The notes beneath the pieces are model-generated. The model was not told the origin of the DNA. It saw only the letters and a program-made list of their open reading frames with translations, and made no database searches. This document shows positions 1 to 6,395 of a stretch of 26,334 nt of DNA, piece after piece. The position numbers were made by a program, and so were the translations under genes. The stretch covers positions 1-26,334 of the forward strand of contig JANRKO010000079.1 in the NCBI GenBank assembly GCA_033763455.1, in the 5' to 3' direction. Position 1 is the stretch's first letter. Every line of letters begins with the position of its first letter. Source of the DNA: Polyangiaceae bacterium (GTDB lineage: Bacteria; Myxococcota_A; Polyangia; Polyangiales; Polyangiaceae).

Positions 1-57
1 TGCGTGGCAGCTCCGCGCTGCGACGGAGGGCTTGCGACCTGAATAGCCCCGGGCAGC

Positions 58-144
58 GCGGCAGCTCGTTTTTGGGATTGGGGATAAACAGGGCGGAAGA
101 GGCGGCGACTGTCTGTGGATGCCCAATCCCAAAAACGAGCCCGC
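58..144. repeat. Long hairpin element A (REP/MITE-like)
   Basis: Perfect 19-bp inverted repeat gctcgtttttgggattggg (64-82) / cccaatcccaaaaacgagc (122-140) around a 39-nt loop; pairing extends imperfectly outward. Confidence 0.75.
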
Positions 145-253
145 TTGGGGATTTACTGGAATGGGTAACACCTGATAGTAGTTAACCTAGGACGACGCCA
201 GGCAGGAAAGCTCGTGCTCCGTGGCCCACCTCGTCCTCCTTGTCGCTCTTCAA

Positions 254-347
254 ACGGGCCCGGTTTTCTGAGGCGAGGCGAAGCTTTGCCCCCTCTTCAA
301 CAACTGCGCTTTCTCTCTCGCCTCGCCTCAGAAAATCGAGCTCCGCG
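254..347. repeat. Long hairpin element B, an inverted homolog of element A
   Basis: Perfect 18-bp inverted repeat ttttctgaggcgaggcga (264-281) / tcgcctcgcctcagaaaa (318-335) around a 36-nt loop. Its reverse complement matches element A in both flanks and in the loop motif GAAGAGG.GGC.A. Confidence 0.7.
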
Positions 348-454
348 CCCGCCCTAACTCCTCCAAATTGCTCGCCCTTGCGCGGGCGCGGCGCCGGATC
401 AACATCCAGCGACCCCTCAAAATCCGCATCAACATCTATGCCACCGGATCGAGG

Positions 455-666
455 TCCAGAGAGGCGTATTGCCCCCCACTCATGTCCTAGCGTAGGAAAC
501 TTCCTGCGAGCCACCACTGCGCAGCGAACCCATCCGCAAATCAGGTCCGATCCTTCGTATGCTAAGTATCCACCTCTCTCTCCAGAGAGGCTTATGCCCC
601 CGCTCATGCCCTAGCGTAGGATTTGAGGATGCTCGTCTGCTAAGTATCGATCTCTCGCTAGAGAGG
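455..666. repeat. Degenerate interleaved direct repeats (intergenic)
   Basis: tccagagagg..tat.gccccc.ctcatg.cctagcgtagga at 455-497 and 581-621; tgctaagtatc.a.ctctc...agagagg at 560-590 and 638-666. Confidence 0.7.
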
Positions 667-724
667 CCCATCTCTCGCCAGAGCGAGGCGTTTCCTGGCA
701 TCCCTTCGGCTTGGGGGACAATTC

Positions 725-2926
725 TTAATGTGTTCTGGCAGCGAAGGTTATTGCGGGGTAGCCAGGAATGCGCACAGCTACAGCGCCCGCATCGGGCTCC
801 TTGATCTGAACCGACCAAGCGTCGATGTCTGAAATTTCAGTGACGTACGCTTCCAGATAGCCAAGGAAGTTGCCGCCTGCATCGAGCGCCTCGGCCAACA
901 TAGGTTCACCTGCGGCTAACGACGGCTGCGTAATGGGCACTCCCCAGCGTGGACCTTTGGGATCCAAAAGTAAAACCCGCCAGGTAGAGAGTGCCTCAGG
1001 TGCGACGTACATATCGGTGGCACCGTTCACCGTGGCGATACGATTTAGGAGCCCGTCGTAGGTGTAGTCGCTGACCCACTTGCTGCTGCAGTACCCCATA
1101 ATGTCCGTGCGGCTAGCAGGCTCGAAGAGCGCCTGCGAACGCCCGTCGTAACCCCAGACGCCAATTTTCGCTCCTGCATAGGGGAAATTAGGATCTACGT
1201 TGGAGATATTCCCACCAGATGGCGAACAGGGCGCGTGGCTGCGCCCGTGGTTGTGCGCGATTTCATGGCTCATAGTTTGCGCTGAGGCCGTATCCGCGAA
1301 GCCTACACCCAAAGCCGCCCGCGTGGTTGCCTGGTTGTTAGTGCCCACGTAGCCGATGCCCGTGGTGCAAGAGCTACCGCAGAACGCCTTGAATGTATCT
1401 TCAGGCTTCAAGAGCCCATAGTAGTAGACATCCGCAGTCGGCTGATCTGTCTGCCTTTTTGCGCGCACCTGATCCAGCGTACCGCTCCAATCGATTGGGT
1501 AATCTGTGGTGATCATATCACCCACGGTCATCTCAATCGCACTTATCGGATACATCGCCAAAAATTGTGCGCGGTACACGCCAAGCGCGGTCTCGGACGT
1601 ATCAGGAAGCTTTCCGTTCGCTTGAATGGGAATGATCTTGATCTTGAGCGCCCCGGTAGTTCGCGCCAAAAGCTCCGCATCTCCGTCGCCGACGGGAAAA
1701 CGCGGGTTCGCCAAAGTGCCTGCTGCCGCCGCACCACATTCGACGAGCTCCACGTAATAGCGAGTGGCTGCGGTGATCTTATCTTTGGGCACTTGAAGCT
1801 GAAACGTGCTGGCCGTATCTGCGTCCGTGGATGCCTGGCTGATCATTTTCTTCTGATAAAAGCTGTCGGTCGCTGTACCGTTCACTATTACTAGCCGAGC
1901 CGAGAGTTCACGCGCGGTAAATCCCGGCAGTGTCGTTACGAACACGCGAAAAAGGGTGTCGCGCCCCACAACAACATCCGTATTGCGATCTGCCGCAGGG
2001 ATAGCAGCCCCTGCGTCCATGATCGGAACCTTCACACTCTGGTAGGCAGCAATTTGGCTCACCGTAACGTCATGCGCCAAGCCCATGCAGCCATCAGCAC
2101 CAGAGCCGCCACCACCAGTGCACTGCGATTGAACGCAGGATTTGCCCAGGGCACACGCCGTGGTGCAGCCGCCGCAGTGTGCATCGTTCGCGGTGGTATC
2201 GAGGCAATTGTCCGTACAAAACGTGGTGTTTTGTGGGCACGTACAAACGCCTGTTTGGCAGGATTGGCCGCCCGTACACGCCATTCCGCAGGCCCCACAG
2301 TGCTCGTTCGTTGTTAGGGTGTCGACACACACGCCATTGCAAAACGTCATTCCGGGATCACATTCGCACTTTCCCGCGACACAGCTTCGCCCCGTAGGGC
2401 ACGCTGCGTCACATTGGCCACAGTGCGCTGCGTTCGCGCTTACATCAACACAGGCCCCGCCGCAAAAGAGTTGACCGCCTGGGCACTTACAGGCTCCGCC
2501 TTCACAGGTTCTTCCAGCCGTGCAAGCGTTGCCGCACGCCCCACAGTTGCTCGTGTCAGTTGCGAGCATCGTGCAAGTTCCAGTGCAGTCTGTCTGACCA
2601 CCGGAACACGGGGCACTGCACTGGCCCCCCAGGCATGCCAGCTCCCCCGAACACACTTTGCCACACACCCCGCAGTTCGCCTCATCGCTCTTCACGTCGA
2701 CGCAACGCCCCGAGCACAGTTGCTGCCCAGCGTCACACGCCGCATTTTCTGTCGCCGGAGCGCCGGCTGCCGCACCCATTAAGTTCGTACGATCCGCGCT
2801 CGGCCGAGCCCGGCGAGATCCGGAAGATGTATCCACGCTACCTGTGCATGCGCTCAACAAGAACCCGAGCATCAGCGCCGTCGCAGACCAAACCCACCCA
2901 CCCCATTGGCTTCGAGTCCCATTCAT
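725..2926 (-). CDS. Lipoprotein zinc metallopeptidase (M66-like metzincin) with five N-terminal Cys-rich CGxCGxxC repeats
   Basis: Lipobox FLLSAC; five ~40-aa repeats (e.g. CVDVKSDEANCGVCGKVC); zinc motif HEIAHNHGRSH (HExxHxxGxxH); Met-turn DIMGYC. ATG at 2926 preferred over the ORF-track start at 2968. Confidence 0.85.
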   Translation of the reverse strand: MNGTRSQWGGWVWSATALMLGFLLSACTGSVDTSSGSRRARPSADRTNLMGAAAGAPATENAACDAGQQLCSGRCVDVKSDEANCGVCGKVCSGELACLGGQCSAPCSGGQTDCTGTCTMLATDTSNCGACGNACTAGRTCEGGACKCPGGQLFCGGACVDVSANAAHCGQCDAACPTGRSCVAGKCECDPGMTFCNGVCVDTLTTNEHCGACGMACTGGQSCQTGVCTCPQNTTFCTDNCLDTTANDAHCGGCTTACALGKSCVQSQCTGGGGSGADGCMGLAHDVTVSQIAAYQSVKVPIMDAGAAIPAADRNTDVVVGRDTLFRVFVTTLPGFTARELSARLVIVNGTATDSFYQKKMISQASTDADTASTFQLQVPKDKITAATRYYVELVECGAAAAGTLANPRFPVGDGDAELLARTTGALKIKIIPIQANGKLPDTSETALGVYRAQFLAMYPISAIEMTVGDMITTDYPIDWSGTLDQVRAKRQTDQPTADVYYYGLLKPEDTFKAFCGSSCTTGIGYVGTNNQATTRAALGVGFADTASAQTMSHEIAHNHGRSHAPCSPSGGNISNVDPNFPYAGAKIGVWGYDGRSQALFEPASRTDIMGYCSSKWVSDYTYDGLLNRIATVNGATDMYVAPEALSTWRVLLLDPKGPRWGVPITQPSLAAGEPMLAEALDAGGNFLGYLEAYVTEISDIDAWSVQIKEPDAGAVAVRIPGYPAITFAARTH

Positions 2927-2958
2927 GGTGGGCGAGCTATCCCACCGTCGAGGCCTCA

Positions 2959-3064
2959 CAGCAACCACCTACGCTGTGACAGGATGTTTGCAGCAATCAG
3001 CTACGCTACGAGGGGATGTTTACAGCAGCCAGCTATGCTGTGACGGGATGTTTGCAGCCCCAGC
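2959..3064. repeat. 3 x 32-bp tandem repeat plus a partial fourth unit, in a divergent promoter region
   Basis: cagcaaccacctacgctgtgacaggatgtttg (2959-2990), cagcaatcagctacgctacgaggggatgttta (2991-3022), cagcagccagctatgctgtgacgggatgtttg (3023-3054), then cagccccagc. Confidence 0.85.
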
Positions 3065-3155
3065 TGTAGCGATGTAAGAGGCGCCACACCCAGGGGCCCA
3101 CGCTTGTCTCTAAGTGCGACAAACCCGGAAGCCGAAACCCCAAGAAGCTATCACC

Positions 3156-4229
3156 ATGAGTCATCGAGCCTTCCCGATCGTGTTAGCAACGTGCTGCATA
3201 TTGCTCGCGATGGGATGCAAACGCACCCCACCAGCTTCTCCCCCAAAGAGCCAGGCTGAGCTCAACGTGGAACAAGGTCGGGAGACGTACCAACGCATGT
3301 GCTCGGTGTGTCATGGCGCTACGGGTGAGGGATACAAAGCCGACCAAGCGCCGCGCCTGCGCGGTGCGAACTTCCTCTCAACCGCGAGCGATGAGTTTCT
3401 GCGCGTGGCCATCGCCAATGGGCGCGAGGGCACCACCATGTCAGCTTGGGGCAAAGAACGTGGCGGCCCGCTCGCGGCGACCGAGGTGGCTCGTGTGATT
3501 CAGTACCTGCGAACCCTCAGCACCGCCCCCCGCCGAAACGACAGTCGAAAGCACTCTGGCGACCCAACGCGCGGCGACGCAATCTATGCTCGCGAGTGTG
3601 CGAGCTGCCATGGACCCCGCGGAAAAGGCGGCCAAGCCCCCCAAATAGGCAACAACGAACTCCTAGCCACCGCGAACGACGGCTTTCTGAGGATCGCGAT
3701 TACCGAAGGGCGCCCTCAGACCTCCATGCCAGCGTTCGAACACAAGCTAAGCGCACAAGAGATCGAGGACGTTGTGGGCCTTTTGCGCAGCTGGCAAACG
3801 CCGGTGGTTGCACCAAGTACCCCGAGCAAACCTCCGCCTCTACCGCTTGGTCCAGTTCCGCTAAATCCACATGGCCACGCTCCCGTGGGTTTCAAGAAGT
3901 TCCCGGAAACCACCAAAGTAGACGTGGTGAAGCGTGAGCTCGAACGCGGAGCTCGCATGGCTTTTCTCGACGCGCGGGCTCCATCAGATTACACCCGCGA
4001 ACACATAGCAGGGGCCGTGAGCGTGCCCTTTTACGATCCAGCGCCCTACCTCAACAAGCTTCCGAAGAACGCGTGGCTCGTCTGCTACTGCGCATGCCCG
4101 CACGCGGAATCTGGCAGGTTAGCCCAACAACTCCTCGACCATGGTTTTACCCAAGTCACGGTGCTGGACGAAGGGCTCGGGGTTTGGAAGTCTAAGAAAG
4201 GCCCCACCAACGCGGGCGAGAAGCCCTGA
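3156..4229 (+). CDS. Lipoprotein diheme c-type cytochrome fused to a C-terminal rhodanese domain
   Basis: Lipobox LLAMGC; heme motifs CSVCH and CASCH, each followed by a candidate Met ligand (GTTMSAW, QTSMPAF); rhodanese motifs FLDARAPSDY..EHIAGA, VCYCACPH, VLDEGLGVW. ATG at 3156 preferred. Confidence 0.85.
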   Translation: MSHRAFPIVLATCCILLAMGCKRTPPASPPKSQAELNVEQGRETYQRMCSVCHGATGEGYKADQAPRLRGANFLSTASDEFLRVAIANGREGTTMSAWGKERGGPLAATEVARVIQYLRTLSTAPRRNDSRKHSGDPTRGDAIYARECASCHGPRGKGGQAPQIGNNELLATANDGFLRIAITEGRPQTSMPAFEHKLSAQEIEDVVGLLRSWQTPVVAPSTPSKPPPLPLGPVPLNPHGHAPVGFKKFPETTKVDVVKRELERGARMAFLDARAPSDYTREHIAGAVSVPFYDPAPYLNKLPKNAWLVCYCACPHAESGRLAQQLLDHGFTQVTVLDEGLGVWKSKKGPTNAGEKP

Positions 4230-4298
4230 CCTATACGCGAAGCCTGAAACATCCGAAAACCACGCACCGATACCGCTCCCTAAGTAGAGATCGCACCC

Positions 4299-5258
4299 AT
4301 GCCGCTCGTAGACCTACCCCTTGCTCAACTCGAAACGTATTCCGGAACCAATCCGTGCCCCACGGACCACGCTGAGTATTGGGAGCGTGCGCTCACCGAA
4401 ATGCGGAGCCTACCGCGCACCATTGAGCTTGAACGTGCGACCTTTCAGGTACCTGGCGCCGATTGCTTCAACCTGTATTTTAAGGGAGTTCGCGGCGCTC
4501 GCGTCCACGCCAAGTACCTGCGCCCGAAGGCTCCGGCGGGCCGTCACCCGGCGATTGTTGAATTCCACGGCTACTCAGGCTCAAGCGGTGATTGGAGCCG
4601 CAAGCTCGGCTGGCTTGCGCTTGGCTACAGCGTCATCTCCATGGATTGCCGCGGGCAAGGCGGGCTGAGCGAAGACACCGGGGGTACGCTGGGGCCCACG
4701 TTGAACGGGCATATTATCAGGGGTCTAGCGGACAGGCCCGATAACCTACTGTTCCGTCACATCTTCCTCGACACTGCCCAGCTTGCCAGCATCGTGTTTG
4801 AACTGCCGGAAGTGGATCCAGAACGTGTGGGCGTTACCGGAAATTCTCAGGGCGGCGGCCTAGCGCTAGCGTGCGGCGCGCTAGAACCTCGCATTAAGCG
4901 TGTTGTGCCCGTTTTTCCGTTTCTTTCAGACTACCAACGCGTGTGGGAAATGGATCTGGCAGAGCGTGCCTACGCAGAGTTGAAGAATTTCTTCCGCAAT
5001 CACGATCCTCGCCACGAACAACACGAGGAGTGGTTTCGGCGGCTAGGCTATATTGACGTGCAGCACTTAGCACCGCGCATTCAAGGTGAGGTGCTCATGG
5101 GCATCTCCCTCATGGATAACGTGTGCCCGCCCTCAACCCAGTTCGCCGCGTACAATAAAGTTCGGGCTAAAAAAAGCCACATCATCTACCCGGACTTCGG
5201 GCACGAAGATCTGCCCGGTTTTCCCGACGCTATCGTGCAATTCATGCTGAAGCTCTGA
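4299..5258 (+). CDS. Acetylxylan esterase / cephalosporin-C deacetylase (CE7, AXE1 family)
   Basis: FHGY, DCRGQ, GNSQGG nucleophile elbow, D..CPPSTQFAAYN, YPDFGHE; 319 aa. Confidence 0.93.
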   Translation: MPLVDLPLAQLETYSGTNPCPTDHAEYWERALTEMRSLPRTIELERATFQVPGADCFNLYFKGVRGARVHAKYLRPKAPAGRHPAIVEFHGYSGSSGDWSRKLGWLALGYSVISMDCRGQGGLSEDTGGTLGPTLNGHIIRGLADRPDNLLFRHIFLDTAQLASIVFELPEVDPERVGVTGNSQGGGLALACGALEPRIKRVVPVFPFLSDYQRVWEMDLAERAYAELKNFFRNHDPRHEQHEEWFRRLGYIDVQHLAPRIQGEVLMGISLMDNVCPPSTQFAAYNKVRAKKSHIIYPDFGHEDLPGFPDAIVQFMLKL

Positions 5259-5279
5259 GCGAAGTCATCGAGGCCTGCA

Positions 5280-6063
5280 CTAACGTTTTGCAGCTTTGCG
5301 CGCCCTGCGCGACGCCTGCTTGCTCTTTGGCGCTTCGCCAGCAGCCTTTTTGGACGCCTTCTTGTGCACATTCGTGGAACTCTTTGCCGAGCCTTTGCGC
5401 GCCCCTCCTGCCTTCCTCCGAGGCCGGCGGGTGCTGGAGTGCGACTCCTTCAGGCGCGTATGCGGGCTATCCCTCTTAGCCTTGCTCGCAGCCCTAGTGA
5501 GCAACCTTTCCAAGGTCGGAAGGAGGTCGCTCTGACCCAACGCCCCTTGGATCAGCGTAAGCGTTTCCCGGATAAGCGCGAAATTCGCAGTCTTTAGGTT
5601 CGCGCGCAGCACGTCGAGCACGTCTTCCTGGTCCTTGCTCCTGGCAGCCAGGATCTTCATTGCAACAACGTCTTCTAACCGGGCTACCGGTAGCCTGACA
5701 TCTCCCAGTTTGTGTTGGACTGATCGTTTGAGGAACAGCTCCTCTAAGCCGGGACCGGACAAGACCAGATCCGCGGCGATTCCCGTTTCTCCATGCACCA
5801 CGGGAAGCACACGAGTTTGCTCGATAAATCTGGCACCACTGAACCGAGCGCGAAACCCGGCTTGTCGCAAACAAGCTACGAGATCTTGGAGCGTTACACT
5901 ACCAAGTCGAACGGCCGACATCGATGTCGGCCGTGGCCCGCGTGGAGCCATAAATCAAAGCCGCCTGCGCGCCAAACAAATACCAGCTAACTCCTAAGTC
6001 CGCCAAAGCCTCTTTGAGTGCGCCTAATACTTCAACGAACGGTGAACGCAGACGCTGCGGCAT
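5280..6063 (-). pseudogene. Nucleotidyltransferase-family protein (MNT/DUF6036-like) with a Lys/Arg-rich tail, split by a +1 frameshift near 5915
   Basis: From ATG 6063 the frame reads MPQRLRSPFVEVLGALKEALADLGVSWYLFGAQAALIYGSTRATADIDV (G-A..DxD NTase motif) and then stops. The 5280..5951 frame continues AVRLGSVT...EDVVAMKILAARSKDQED. Removing one G at 5915/5916 joins them into 260 aa. Confidence 0.8.
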
Positions 6064-6298
6064 CAATGAGCCCCTTCAATCGAACGTGATGAGCAAGATC
6101 ATCGTCGCGGAGCAACCGAGCAAGCGCCGGCGTTCTTGGGCGTGAATGGAGCGCAAGCGCATGTGCCAATTCCACAGTGCGCCGACCGCGGGAGCTTCCG
6201 TGCAACTTCACCCAGTAGCGACGCTTGCTTTGCTCAGCGAGAGCCCATGCGCGACTAGCAAAGGCCCTGACATCTGCTGGATCCAGAGCGGCGGCCAT
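6032..6298 (-). CDS. Small hypothetical protein, probable partner of the nucleotidyltransferase
   Basis: 88-aa ORF whose 3' end overlaps the start of the NTase gene, a two-gene TA-like layout. Confidence 0.65.
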   Translation of the reverse strand: MAAALDPADVRAFASRAWALAEQSKRRYWVKLHGSSRGRRTVELAHALALHSRPRTPALARLLRDDDLAHHVRLKGLIDAAASAFTVR

Positions 6299-6332
6299 TA
6301 CCCGGGCTAGGCTAGCAGCTCAGCCCGCGGTG

Positions 6333-6376
6333 CACCAAGCCAACGCAGAAGTGGCGTATTCCACGTTGGTTGGTGC
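6333..6376 (-). terminator. Hairpin 3' of the glycoside hydrolase gene
   Basis: gcaccaagccaacg / cgttggttggtgc inverted repeat with one bulge, ~20 nt past the stop; no clear U-tract. Confidence 0.35.
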
Positions 6377-6395
6377 TCCAACCATCTCACTTGAA

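Noticed and set aside
1..46. 3' end of an upstream gene (AWQLRAATEGLRPE* or CVAAPRCDGGLAT*)
   Set aside because: Too short to choose a frame or assign a product.
41..360. Integron attC sites or retron msr/msd
   Set aside because: No properly placed RYYYAAC...GTTRRRY boxes, no cassette ORF, and no integrase or reverse transcriptase in the window.
455..666. Degenerate CRISPR array
   Set aside because: Only two copies of each unit, with irregular spacing and overlapping units.
182..818. ORFs 182..607, 240..614, 480..818 and 559..804
   Set aside because: They run through hairpins and repeats, have no recognisable motifs and overlap one another.
2959..3064. CRISPR array
   Set aside because: The units are contiguous with no unique spacers, and there are no cas genes.
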